Below, piece by piece: positions 9,215-18,455 of a DNA stretch of 64,000 nucleotides. A model generated the notes under the pieces. That model saw only the letters and a list, made by a program, of their open reading frames with translations, searched no databases and was not told the origin of the DNA. This stretch comes from Candidatus Xenobia bacterium. GTDB taxonomy: Bacteria > Vulcanimicrobiota > Xenobia > Xenobiales > QWHO01. The DNA lies in contig BTUM01000004.1 in NCBI GenBank assembly GCA_045863235.1, positions 96,001 through 160,000 of the forward strand, written 5' to 3'. Made by a program: the position numbers and the translations under genes. How positions within the stretch are numbered: position 1 is the stretch's first letter; each line of letters starts with the position of its first letter.

Positions 9215-10355
9215 CGCGCCGGTCGAAGGCCGGAAAGACAAGGCCGCTGGTCATCACGATCAGGGCCACGCCGCAGAACATCAGAGGATAGCCCAGGTTC
9301 TGGGCGAGCACGCCCGAGAGCACCGATCCGGCGAAGCTGCCCACGTCGATCCAGGCGGTGATCAAGGCCAGGGCCGTGCCGCGCACGGCCGCCCCCAGGC
9401 GCTGCACGGCCAGGGCCGAAAGGGCCGGATAGAGGATACCGTGCCCGGCCCCGGCCAGCAGGCCGGTGCCCACCAGAATCCAGGACTCGCCCCTGCCGAG
9501 GAGGGCGAAGAGGCCCATTCCCCCCGCCTGGAGCAAGAGCGCCGAGGGGATGATGGACTGGGGCCCGTGGCGATCGGAGGCCGAGCCCATGGCCAGGCGG
9601 ATCAGCACCGAGCTGAAGGTGTAGCAGGCGAACATCAGCCCGACGCCGGTCAGCTGCTCTTTGGCCGCGAAAGGAGCGGCGAAGCCGTAGAGGCTACCGA
9701 CGGCGTAGCCGAACCCGAGCGAGCCGAGGGTGACGGCGAGCATGAGCTTCGACCGCAGCAACTGGAAGAAGCGGCTGTCGTCCTGAGTTTCGTGAGGGGA
9801 GCGGTGAACTTCGGGCAGGGTCAGAAAGCCGGCCGCAGCCGTGAGGCTGAGCCCTGCGGAGAGGGAGAACATGGCCTGAAAGCTGGTCCGGTCCACCAGT
9901 AGCTCGCCCCCGACCGGACCGATGGCGCCCGCGAGCAGACCCGAGATGCCGAACAGTCCGAAGGCCTGGGCCAGCCGTCCCGGCGGCGCCTGGTCGGCGA
10001 TCCAGGTGAAGAGGGCGGTGAAGTAGGTGGAGACCACGAAGCCCTGCAGCCCCCGCAGCGCCACCATGGGGATCAGCGCCACGGGAACGACGAGGAAAGC
10101 CAGGGCGGTCAGGCCGATCAGGAAGGCACCTCGAAGGATGTAGGGACGCCGACCGTGTCGGTCCACCCGGTGGGCGAGCCAGGGTTGCGAGAGCACGGCG
10201 CCCACCCAGTAGCCGCCCTCGGCGGTGCCGATCTCCCAGGGCTGCAGGCCCTGCTCGGCCAGGTAGCGGCCGGTGAGAACGAACATACTGGCGCCCGAGA
10301 GGCAGATCAGGTTGAGGAAGGTGCCCCACCAGAAGACGCGGCGATAGTCCTTCAC
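9201..10355 (-). CDS. MFS transporter
   Basis: ~12 TM helices; DRHGRR motif A; second-half ASDRHG; GTG overlaps cinA stop. Confidence 0.92.
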   Translation of the reverse strand: MKDYRRVFWWGTFLNLICLSGASMFVLTGRYLAEQGLQPWEIGTAEGGYWVGAVLSQPWLAHRVDRHGRRPYILRGAFLIGLTALAFLVVPVALIPMVALRGLQGFVVSTYFTALFTWIADQAPPGRLAQAFGLFGISGLLAGAIGPVGGELLVDRTSFQAMFSLSAGLSLTAAAGFLTLPEVHRSPHETQDDSRFFQLLRSKLMLAVTLGSLGFGYAVGSLYGFAAPFAAKEQLTGVGLMFACYTFSSVLIRLAMGSASDRHGPQSIIPSALLLQAGGMGLFALLGRGESWILVGTGLLAGAGHGILYPALSALAVQRLGAAVRGTALALITAWIDVGSFAGSVLSGVLAQNLGYPLMFCGVALIVMTSGLVFPAFDRRATRP

Positions 10356-10837
10356 TCGTCGAGAGCCTCGCGCAAGAGCTGCAGGGCGGCCTGGACGGAT
10401 TGCTGGCGAATCTGGTCGCGATCGCCCTGGAAGAGGCAACGCTTTGTCTGCGTTGTCCGCGGGCCCGCAAGGCCCAGGAAGACCAGGCCCACGGGCTTGT
10501 CAGGGGTCGCCCCGCCGGGACCGGCGATGCCCGTAACGGACAGAGCCCAGTCGGATTCTGCTTGCCGGCGAGCACCCTCTGCCATGGCGGCGGCGCACTC
10601 GGCGCTGACGGCCCCGTGCTCTTGCAGCACTTCCTGGGGGACGTTGAGCAGGCTGGCTTTCAGCTCGTTGCAGTAAGCCAGGATGCCGCCTTTGAAGTAG
10701 GCCGAGGAACCGGCCTGGCGGGTGAGCTCGGCTCCGAGCAGGCCGCCCGTGCAAGACTCGGCCACGGCCACGGTCTGGTGGCGTTCGATCAGGCGTTGAG
10801 CGGGCATGACGTGTTGGTCACGAGCTGGTGGATGCAT
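10352..10837 (-). CDS. cinA: CinA C-terminal domain protein (NMN amidohydrolase, PncC-like)
   Basis: AVAESCTGG, GSSAYFKGG, HGAVS, SVTGIAGPGG, KPVGLV. Confidence 0.93.
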   Translation of the reverse strand: MHPPARDQHVMPAQRLIERHQTVAVAESCTGGLLGAELTRQAGSSAYFKGGILAYCNELKASLLNVPQEVLQEHGAVSAECAAAMAEGARRQAESDWALSVTGIAGPGGATPDKPVGLVFLGLAGPRTTQTKRCLFQGDRDQIRQQSVQAALQLLREALDE

Positions 10838-10874
10838 TCGTCCCTGGTACCGGGGTGAGGCTCCGTCAAGAGAC

Positions 10875-11471
10875 TTACTTGCGCACCTTGATGCGCACGC
10901 CACCCAGGGTCACCGCGGCCTCGTCCACCTGAACCACGGTCGGGTTGCTCTTGAGACTCCCGCTGATTCCCTGGACCAGGGCGGCTTCGGCGGCCTGGAC
11001 ATTCTGCCTGGAGGCGGCCACGGCGGCCTCCAGTCCCTGCTTCTCCTGCTTGAGGGCGGGCAGCACCGCTTTGTCGATCTGCATGGGCAGCACCACGTGC
11101 TTCATGGCCATGATGTAGCCGTAGGTCAGCCCGGCCCCGCCGGCCAGACCGATGATGGGGTTCATCCCGCTGAACATGGCCCAGGCACCCAACCCGGCCA
11201 TCGAAAAGATGCAAAGGTGCGCGGCGATGCCGCTGTGCAGCTTGACGTTCTTATTCCACATGGCATCGCGCACCTGGTTGTTGCAGTGATGGGTGCGATG
11301 GCGCCGCGAGCTGGAGATCCAGTAGTTCGTATCGTCGAGTCGCCGCTGAAAGGTCTCGAGCTGGCTTCTGGCCGATCTCAGGTCGGACTCGGCCTTCTCC
11401 ACCTCGGGGTTCTTCACCGAGCCCTCGAACAGCCCTGAGGCTCGGACAGGCAGTGTGCTGGTGAGGTTCAT
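10875..11471 (-). CDS. Membrane hypothetical protein (coiled coil-2TM-coiled coil) with C-terminal VTLGGVRIKVRK motif
   Basis: Two hydrophobic helices; C-terminal tail shared with the ORFs at 343 and 31872. Confidence 0.75.
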   Translation of the reverse strand: MNLTSTLPVRASGLFEGSVKNPEVEKAESDLRSARSQLETFQRRLDDTNYWISSSRRHRTHHCNNQVRDAMWNKNVKLHSGIAAHLCIFSMAGLGAWAMFSGMNPIIGLAGGAGLTYGYIMAMKHVVLPMQIDKAVLPALKQEKQGLEAAVAASRQNVQAAEAALVQGISGSLKSNPTVVQVDEAAVTLGGVRIKVRK

Positions 11472-11572
11472 GCAGTGAGAATACCGAGGGCTCCTCAAAG
11501 AAAGCTGACACTCACTCGTTGTGGCGGTCGGCGTCGGGGGCGAGCTTCGAACGACGGATCCCGCGGTGGATC

Positions 11573-11586
11573 CGAACGAGCGTTCG
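11573..11586 (+). promoter_or_regulatory. LexA (Cheo/DinR-type) box CGAACGAGCGTTCG
   Basis: Exact CGAAC-N4-GTTCG palindrome upstream of the HNH gene. Confidence 0.6.
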
Positions 11587-11625
11587 TTTACGCCGGAAAA
11601 ATCTTCTTAAATTTATCGACAAAAT

Positions 11626-11639
11626 CGAATATACGTTTG
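11626..11639 (+). promoter_or_regulatory. Second LexA-like box CGAATATACGTTTG
   Basis: Two mismatches to CGAAC-N4-GTTCG, within the AT-rich promoter region. Confidence 0.55.
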
Positions 11640-11693
11640 CCAGGGAATTCAAGAAATTTAACGAACAGGCTCCAACGAAAGGAGTCAACTCTC

Positions 11694-13088
11694 ATGGAAC
11701 AACTGGCACAGTATCTCGAGCTCCCGGATGAAGAGCTCTGCCGGCAGGCAAAGACCATGCGTCGTCAGGTGGACCGCTCATTGTGGAACCTCGGGCTCTA
11801 CCTGGTCGCCATTCAACAGCGAAAGCTCCACCGAGCGAGGGGCTGCAGCGGGGTCATCCAGTTCGCCGTCCGATATCTGGATCTGGCGCAGCAAAAGGCC
11901 TACGAGCTTCTGCGCGCGACTACTTCTCTGCTTGAGACGCCTCTCCTGGCCGAGGCGTTTCGAGATGGAAAAGTTTGCTGGGGAAAGATCCGCGAGATCA
12001 CCCGGGTATCCACCAGTGCGGATGAGGCTTTCTGGCTCGACTACGCCCTCCACCACGATTGTGACGAAGTCCAAAGGCGCGTTTCAGTCAGTCCGCGCCG
12101 CTTCAAAGCTCTGCGCCGCCAGTCGGACAGCCACGGCCTGCCAACCGAGAGACAGCCAGCGCAGGGTGGGCTTCTCGCCTCCGACCTGGAAGCCAACGGC
12201 GCGGCAGGCGTCCACTCAGAAGCACCCCAACCAGCTTACCAGTCACTGGCCCAACAGCAGTTCCAACCTCAGCACCATGCCCGAAACCAGCCTCCAGGCT
12301 CTGCAGAGCCACCGGTCGGGCGAGTCAAACTCGTCTTCTACCTCACTGCGGAAGAATTCGCCCTCTACGAGAGAGCCGAGGACCGGGTTCGCTCCCAGCG
12401 GGGCCGGCGCTTGCCGCGCAACAAGGTGCTGATCGATCTGGCCGAGCATCGACTCAGCGATGCCAGGAGTGAGGCCCGAGCACGGCTGCCCATCCTGGTG
12501 CGGGTGGACGCCAGTACCGGCCAGGGATGGTATGACACCAGACTTGGTCTGCTTCCGGCCACGGCTGCACAGATCGAACAGGCATTGACCTCGGCTCTGG
12601 CGGTCACGACCGAGGGAATGCCGCCAGGCCCGGACCTTGGTGCAACAGGCCCGGACCTGCGTGCAGTGTCAGGCCATGCTCAGGGAGACAACGGCCCGAT
12701 CCCTGGGACAGCCCCACCCACTTGCCACCTGACCGATTCTGCACTCCCACAGGTGCCCGATAAACCTGACGAGGGACCTGGCCAGGCATCCAGGAAGAAA
12801 CGGTCCTCCCGGAGGCGACGGAACATCAGTCTTGCGACCATACGGGCTCTGATGCTTCGCGCCGGCGGCAAGTGCGAGAAACCAGGCTGCAATCGTGGCG
12901 GTGCTCTCCACGTTCATCACCAGAGACCGGTGAGCGAAGGTGGCCAGGACGGACTGGCCGACCTGCGCCTCTACTGCTCGTCCTGCCACGGGTTGGAGCA
13001 TGAGCCCGACTTCGAGCGCAAGCCGGGCTGGCATGAGGCTCGTGAGCACAGACGTGGAGGCAAGACCGACCGCTGCGACAGCAGCTAA
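11694..13088 (+). CDS. HNH endonuclease with DUF222-like N-terminal region
   Basis: AAGGAG RBS; C-terminal RAGGKCEKPGC...LHVHH...GG...LRLYCSSCH; N-terminal LAEAFRDGKVCWGKIREITRV. Confidence 0.88.
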   Translation: MEQLAQYLELPDEELCRQAKTMRRQVDRSLWNLGLYLVAIQQRKLHRARGCSGVIQFAVRYLDLAQQKAYELLRATTSLLETPLLAEAFRDGKVCWGKIREITRVSTSADEAFWLDYALHHDCDEVQRRVSVSPRRFKALRRQSDSHGLPTERQPAQGGLLASDLEANGAAGVHSEAPQPAYQSLAQQQFQPQHHARNQPPGSAEPPVGRVKLVFYLTAEEFALYERAEDRVRSQRGRRLPRNKVLIDLAEHRLSDARSEARARLPILVRVDASTGQGWYDTRLGLLPATAAQIEQALTSALAVTTEGMPPGPDLGATGPDLRAVSGHAQGDNGPIPGTAPPTCHLTDSALPQVPDKPDEGPGQASRKKRSSRRRRNISLATIRALMLRAGGKCEKPGCNRGGALHVHHQRPVSEGGQDGLADLRLYCSSCHGLEHEPDFERKPGWHEAREHRRGGKTDRCDSS

Positions 13089-13103
13089 AGCGAAAACAAG
13101 CAA

Positions 13104-13133
13104 GAAAGCCGACCTGGTCGGGCCGGCCTTCTT
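13104..13133 (-). terminator. Intrinsic terminator after acpP (possibly bidirectional)
   Basis: GGCCGGCC/GGTCGGCT stem followed by TTCTTGCTTGTTTT on the minus strand. Confidence 0.65.
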
Positions 13134-13154
13134 GAAACCAGGCGCGCCTGAATG

Positions 13155-13403
13155 TCAGGCGGTCTGCTCGGCGACGCGCTTCTCGATGTACTCGACCGCC
13201 TCGGTGATGTTGCGGATCTTCTCGGCATCCTCATCGGGGATCTCGAGATTGAACTCGGTCTCGAAGGCCATGACCATCTCGACCGTGTCGAGCGAGTCAG
13301 CGCCCAGATCATCTACAAACGAGGCGGTGGGAGTCACCTGCTCGGCATCCACCCCGAGCTGCTCTACGACGATTTTCGTCACCCGCTCCTGGACGCTAGC
13401 CAT
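13155..13403 (-). CDS. acpP: Acyl carrier protein
   Basis: [11 protein letters not shown] phosphopantetheine motif; GGAGG RBS. Confidence 0.98.
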   Translation of the reverse strand: MASVQERVTKIVVEQLGVDAEQVTPTASFVDDLGADSLDTVEMVMAFETEFNLEIPDEDAEKIRNITEAVEYIEKRVAEQTA

Positions 13404-13509
13404 TTCTTGTTCGTACCTCCAAAGGATTCTCGGTCTGTTGCCCGGGGGTCCCGAGCGAAAGTTCTTCAACAGCGGCCCCATCAAAGCCGCATCGTAACGC
13501 GGTTCTGGT

Positions 13510-14277
13510 CTAAGGCCGCATGACCATTCCACCATCGACGTTAAATACCTGCCCGGTGATGTAGCCCGAGCCGGGAGCGGCCAGAAAGGCCACCAGACGG
13601 GCGACCTCCTCGGGTTCTCCCAGCCGACCGGCGGGGATCTGGCCGAGCAGGGCTTCCCTGACCTTCTCGTCGAGCACGCCGGTCATCTCGGTCTGAATGT
13701 AACCGGGCGCCACTGCGTTCACGGTGATGTTGCGGGAGGCCACCTCCCGGGCCACCGCCATGGTAAAACCGATCAGGCCGGCCTTGGAGGCGGCGTAGTT
13801 GGCCTGGCCCGCATTCCCCATCTGGCCCACGACGGAGGTGATGTTGATGATGCGTCCATAACGCTGCTTGAGCATGACCCGACTGGCCGCGCGAGTCAGG
13901 TAGAAGGCCGAGGTCAGATTGGTGTTCAGCACCTGAGCCCAATCCTCGTCTTTCATGCGAAGCAACAACGTATCGCGGGTGATGCCAGCATTGTTGACCA
14001 GCACGTCCAGGCGGGGCAGGGCCTTGATGCAGGCGTCCACGGCCGCTGCGTCGGTGACGTCGGCCGTGTGCACGCTGGACTTGCCCCCGATGGCAGCGAT
14101 GACGCCGGCCACCTCCTCGAGCTGCGCCTGGGTGCGCGACAGCAAGGCCACATCAGCCCCCAGGCGGGCAAGCTCCAGAGCGATGGCTCGTCCGATGCCG
14201 CGACCGGCACCGGTCACCAGGGCAACCTGATCCTTCAAAATGGGCTCGGCCGCCAGGGCCAGGGTTGCGGTTTCCAT
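13510..14277 (-). CDS. fabG: 3-oxoacyl-ACP reductase
   Basis: [29 protein letters not shown]. Confidence 0.97.
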   Translation of the reverse strand: METATLALAAEPILKDQVALVTGAGRGIGRAIALELARLGADVALLSRTQAQLEEVAGVIAAIGGKSSVHTADVTDAAAVDACIKALPRLDVLVNNAGITRDTLLLRMKDEDWAQVLNTNLTSAFYLTRAASRVMLKQRYGRIINITSVVGQMGNAGQANYAASKAGLIGFTMAVAREVASRNITVNAVAPGYIQTEMTGVLDEKVREALLGQIPAGRLGEPEEVARLVAFLAAPGSGYITGQVFNVDGGMVMRP

Positions 14278-14287
14278 AGAGGCCTCC

Positions 14288-15232
14288 TTACGAAACGGGG
14301 GTCTGCAAGAGCTCGAGGCTCTTCTCCAGGCTGGCCACGTCGGCCACGTTGGCGGTACGCACCTCCTTGGAGATCTTCTTGACCATGCCGCACAGGGCCG
14401 AGCCGGGGCCGACCTCCACGAAGGTGTCGATTCCGGCTGCAATCATGGTCCGCACCGAGTCCTCCCACAGCACGCGCGAGACGATCTGGAGCTTGAGGGC
14501 ATGACGCAGCTCCTCGCCCGTGGTAACGGGCTGAGCGCTGTAGTTGGCGACCAGCGGCACGGCCGGGTCGGCGAAGCTGTGCCCATCCAGGTCCACCGCC
14601 AGACGCCCGGCAGCGGGCTGCATCAGCGAAGAGTGAAAAGCCCCGCTCACGGCCAACGGCATCACCCGGCGAGCGCCAAATTCCGAAGCCCGCTCGCGGG
14701 CTGCGGCCACACCCGCGGGCGAGCCCGAGAGCACGATCTGTCCTGGACAGTTCAAATTGGCCACTTCCACGACTCCGGCGGCTGAGACGGCCTGGCATAG
14801 AGCCTCCGCCTGGGCCAGCTCAATGCCCAGCAGCGCCGCCATGGTGCCAGGAAGCTCCTGGCCCGCCGCCTGCATGTGCTGACCGCGCTTTCGCACCAAC
14901 ATGATTGCGTCAGCCGGGGAAACCGCCCCGCAAGCCGCCAGGGCAGCATACTCGCCCACGCTGTGGCCGGCCACCATGGCAGGCGAGAGTCCGCGCTCGC
15001 GCAACACCGCCAGCGCAGCCAGGCTGTGAGCCACGATGGCCGGCTGGGTGTGCTCGGTCTGCTTGAGTTGCTCTTCCGGACCCTCGGCCATCAACTGCGA
15101 GAGAGGATAGCCCAGCCGCTGATCGGCCTCCTCGAGCACGGCGCGAGCGGCCGGGAAGGCAGCCGCCAGGTCGACGCCCATGCCGACGTATTGAGCTCCC
15201 TGACCGGGAAACACGAACGCTATGCGGGACAT
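14288..15232 (-). CDS. fabD: Malonyl-CoA:ACP transacylase
   Basis: FPGQGAQ, TQPAI, GHSVGEY, SGAFHS. Confidence 0.97.
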   Translation of the reverse strand: MSRIAFVFPGQGAQYVGMGVDLAAAFPAARAVLEEADQRLGYPLSQLMAEGPEEQLKQTEHTQPAIVAHSLAALAVLRERGLSPAMVAGHSVGEYAALAACGAVSPADAIMLVRKRGQHMQAAGQELPGTMAALLGIELAQAEALCQAVSAAGVVEVANLNCPGQIVLSGSPAGVAAARERASEFGARRVMPLAVSGAFHSSLMQPAAGRLAVDLDGHSFADPAVPLVANYSAQPVTTGEELRHALKLQIVSRVLWEDSVRTMIAAGIDTFVEVGPGSALCGMVKKISKEVRTANVADVASLEKSLELLQTPVS

Positions 15233-16239
15233 AATGCCTCCTTCTTTCCCCAGCGCATGGCCACGGCTCCCCAGGAGAGCCCGCCGCCAAAGCCGACCAG
15301 CACGATCAGATCGCCATCTTTTACCCGGCCCTGCTCGCGTGCCTCCGACAGAGCCAGCGGGATGGAGCCGCAGCTGGTATTGCCAAAGCGGTCCACGTTC
15401 ACGAAGACGCGCTCCATCGGCACGCCCAACCGGCGGGCGGCAGCGTCGATGATGCGCACATTGGCCTGGTGAGGGATGAACAGGTCCACGTCGTCGGGGG
15501 TGAGGCCGGCTTTGGAAACCGCGGCAGCAGCCGCCTCCCCGATGACCGAGACGGCGAATTTGAAGACCTCCTTGCCGTGCATCTGCAGGCAAAACTCCGA
15601 CTTGGGAACGCCCGGCGTGCCGCCCGGAATGCGCCCTCCACCGGCCGGAACGCACAGGCTGTCTCCCCCCGAGCCATCGGCCCCGAGGTGGATCGAGAGC
15701 ACGCCCTGTCCCTCCCCCACCGGACCCAGCACCACCGCCCCCGCGCCGTCACCGAAGAGCACGCAGGTTCCGCGATCTTGCCAGTTCATCACGCGGGTCA
15801 TGGTGTCAGCCCCGACCACCAGGACGTAGTCGAAGGCACCGGTACGCACGAACTGACAGCCCACCGCCATGCTGTAGGCAAAGCCCGAGCAGGCCACGTT
15901 CAAGTCGAATGCTCCCGCATTGGTCGCCCCCAACCGGTGCTGCACCAGGCAGGCGGTGGAAGGCAGCATGGTGTCGGGGGTCATCGTGCCCACGATGATC
16001 AGACCGATCTGCTCGGGGGAGACCCCGGCGTCGGCCAGCGCCAGCAAGCTGGCCTCGACTGCGAGATCAGAGGCACAGACTTCAGGCTCGGCCATGCGTC
16101 GCTCGCGGATGCCTGTACGCGAGCGAATCCACTCATCGGTCGTGTCGAGAGTGGACTCCAGCTCCTGGTTGGTCACGATTCGGGGAGGCGCAAAATGCCC
16201 CAGCCCCACCACGCCCACCGGGCGTAGCGCGCGAGTCAC
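15220..16239 (-). CDS. fabH: Beta-ketoacyl-ACP synthase III
   Basis: ACSGF, LFGDGAGA, PHQANVRI, GNTS, GFGGGLSWG. Confidence 0.97.
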   Translation of the reverse strand: MTRALRPVGVVGLGHFAPPRIVTNQELESTLDTTDEWIRSRTGIRERRMAEPEVCASDLAVEASLLALADAGVSPEQIGLIIVGTMTPDTMLPSTACLVQHRLGATNAGAFDLNVACSGFAYSMAVGCQFVRTGAFDYVLVVGADTMTRVMNWQDRGTCVLFGDGAGAVVLGPVGEGQGVLSIHLGADGSGGDSLCVPAGGGRIPGGTPGVPKSEFCLQMHGKEVFKFAVSVIGEAAAAAVSKAGLTPDDVDLFIPHQANVRIIDAAARRLGVPMERVFVNVDRFGNTSCGSIPLALSEAREQGRVKDGDLIVLVGFGGGLSWGAVAMRWGKKEALCPA

Positions 16240-16254
16240 CGCAAGGGAACCTGA

Positions 16255-16446
16255 TTAACCTTGAGCTTCGGCGTCGAGCTTGAAGACCTGACGGCCGTCG
16301 TAGCTGCCGCAGCTCAAGCATACCCGGTGCGGGAGCTTGGGCTCCTTGCACTGTGGGCACTTGGTCACGTTCGGGATCTCCAGCCGCAGGTGGGAACGGC
16401 GGCGGCGGGTCTTGGACCGCGGCGTTTTGTATTTCGGATTTGGCAT
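16255..16446 (-). CDS. rpmF: 50S ribosomal protein L32 (Zn-ribbon type)
   Basis: [23 protein letters not shown]...[10 protein letters not shown]. Confidence 0.97.
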   Translation of the reverse strand: MPNPKYKTPRSKTRRRRSHLRLEIPNVTKCPQCKEPKLPHRVCLSCGSYDGRQVFKLDAEAQG

Positions 16447-16459
16447 GGCTACCTCTCAG

Positions 16460-16975
16460 TTAGCTTCCGTTCTTCAACTTCATAAGCGGTCCCCACCGAG
16501 GATCGATCTCCTCGCTCGGACAGCTGCAACTTCCCTGGTTCAAGTTCGTTCCGCACTGATCGCAAAGGCCCTGGCAGTCTTCCCGGCAGAGCGGCTTGAC
16601 GGGAAGTGCCGCCAGGAGATTCTGCCGCAGGATCTCATCAAACTCGATGCGATCATCGCGATAGGTAAAGATGTTCAGGTCTTCCAGCGCGACATTCTCG
16701 TCGGCCGGCACTTCACCGCTGGCTTCGTCGATGAAATGCTCGTCCACCTCCAGGTCGAGCGGCGCGACGAAGATCTCGGCGCACCGTCCGCAGCTCAGGC
16801 GCACCCGGGCGTGGAGGTCTCCGTCCACCAGAATGCGACTGCCCACGTTGGTGAGCTTGAACTTCGCCCTGACCGGCCCTTCTAGCTCGAGGCCCTCGAA
16901 GTGAACCGGTCCCTCGAACTCAAAAGGTTTCCAGAGTCCGGTTCCCCGCTTGATATCGGATACGTCCACTCGCAT
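16460..16975 (-). CDS. yceD: YceD/DUF177 metal-binding protein
   Basis: CGRC, PLCREDCQGLCDQCG, IDPRW; directly upstream of rpmF. Confidence 0.93.
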   Translation of the reverse strand: MRVDVSDIKRGTGLWKPFEFEGPVHFEGLELEGPVRAKFKLTNVGSRILVDGDLHARVRLSCGRCAEIFVAPLDLEVDEHFIDEASGEVPADENVALEDLNIFTYRDDRIEFDEILRQNLLAALPVKPLCREDCQGLCDQCGTNLNQGSCSCPSEEIDPRWGPLMKLKNGS

Positions 16976-17018
16976 CTTTGGCCCCAAAGAAAAAAGGCGC
17001 GCTCAAAACGCCGAGTGG

Positions 17019-17047
17019 ATTATAGACGGGCCTGCCCGGGTTGTCAA
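17019..17047 (-). promoter_or_regulatory. Consensus sigma70/sigmaA promoter of the yceD-rpmF-fab operon
   Basis: TTGACA-N17-TATAAT exact on the minus strand. Confidence 0.9.
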
Positions 17048-17149
17048 ACGTCGTGAGTCAGCCGATACGCCGCCGCGAAACGCCAAGTCTCGTGGCTGAG
17101 TTTCGCCACTCTCCCCTAGACCTTGAACGCCATGCTACAATAGAGCTGG

Positions 17150-17968
17150 ATGCAGGCCGAAGAAGACGAGCAGCGGGGCTGTTTCAGCCCTTCCGAAGTG
17201 GACATGTGGCGCCTTCTCGAGCGGGAACGGCTCGATTTTCGGTTCGTGCAAGATCCCGTGTTCAATCTTTCCGAGCCAGAAGAGACGCTGCTCGAGCGCC
17301 TGCGCCACTCCGGTCTCGAGTTCGGAGTGCTGCCCCGACAGGATCCGACCAGCTTTCTGTGCATCAAGGTGAAGCTCGAGGGCGTGCTGCAGCGTGTCGA
17401 GCTGGCGGTGGATGCTCGTCAGGGCTACGCCTCCTTCGTGACCCGGCGCACCCCCTTCTCCGAGCGGCTCAAGGACCGACTCGACCAGGTGTTCGGGAGC
17501 GCCAGCTTCGACCGCAGCAAGAACGTCTCCACCCGCAGCTACGTCTGGTATTCCTACTACCTCTCCGGACTGGCCCCGGCCTTTCTGCCCCGAGAGACCC
17601 GGCGCCGCAGGAGCAGTCTGTTCAATTTCGACGCCCGCGAGCGCGAGTTGCTCGATCGCCTGGAGACGGCCGTGCTGGAGATGAGCGACGTGGCCGCCCA
17701 GATCCACGTCTATCCACGCGAAACTCCTTTCGGGGGCATCGAGTTGATGCTGCAAGACCCGCACCACTCCCAGCCGGCCCGCGTGTTCGTGAAGGGGCTC
17801 TACCCGCTGGTGGTCCACCTGGTCACCGAGAACACCGCCCTGGCGCAACGGGTCCAGGGGTACTTCGACCGGGCCCTGGGCCCCGAGACCCTGGACAATG
17901 AAGCCAGTCGCTTCGAAGGAAAGTTCCTCTCGCTGGTTTACCGGCTGCGCGCCGAGCCGCGCATCTAA
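17150..17968 (+). CDS. Hypothetical protein, probably short-leader or leaderless
   Basis: 272-aa ORF with good codon bias; TGcTACAAT ends 8 nt before the ATG. Confidence 0.75.
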   Translation: MQAEEDEQRGCFSPSEVDMWRLLERERLDFRFVQDPVFNLSEPEETLLERLRHSGLEFGVLPRQDPTSFLCIKVKLEGVLQRVELAVDARQGYASFVTRRTPFSERLKDRLDQVFGSASFDRSKNVSTRSYVWYSYYLSGLAPAFLPRETRRRRSSLFNFDARERELLDRLETAVLEMSDVAAQIHVYPRETPFGGIELMLQDPHHSQPARVFVKGLYPLVVHLVTENTALAQRVQGYFDRALGPETLDNEASRFEGKFLSLVYRLRAEPRI

Positions 17969-18333
17969 CTCTGCGACTCTTTGTAGGCGCGATAGAGCTC
18001 GCTGCCGACCACGACTCCCAGAGTGACTCCGGCCGCGACGCCCAGCAGGCCACCGGCGATGATGCCGATGCGGGCGCCCTCCAGCGTATTGCCGATCAGG
18101 GCGGGAAGGCCCGCCCCTTCGGGGGTGAGCATCATCCCGATCAGCATCCCGGCGCGACCGCCGGCCTCCACGCCCAGCCAGCCGACTCCGGCTCCCAGCA
18201 GCGTTCCCCCGGCCATCTGGGAGGCGGTCTCCCAGCGGTCCACGGGGGCCGCGGGCGGCGCCGGGGGCTCGTTCTCGGCCAGAGCTGCTGTCTGGTAACG
18301 CATCGTGGGCGCGGTGGCCGTCGTAATCAACAT
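17965..18333 (-). CDS. Small glycine-zipper membrane protein
   Basis: GGAGG RBS before MLITT; GxxxG-rich hydrophobic C-terminal half. Confidence 0.7.
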   Translation of the reverse strand: MLITTATAPTMRYQTAALAENEPPAPPAAPVDRWETASQMAGGTLLGAGVGWLGVEAGGRAGMLIGMMLTPEGAGLPALIGNTLEGARIGIIAGGLLGVAAGVTLGVVVGSELYRAYKESQS

Positions 18334-18455
18334 GGGGACCTCCAGAATTTTCCAGCAGCTTAGCCGGTCCGAAATGGCCGATCGTGAACATTGCGTTAAA
18401 ATGCCAGGCAAGAAACGGGAACAATGCCCCCGAGGTGGAACCTGAGCCGTTGAAG

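Noticed and set aside
11694..13088. IscB/Cas9-like RNA-guided nuclease
   Set aside because: No PLMP or RuvC motifs seen; the HNH is C-terminal as in DUF222-type proteins.
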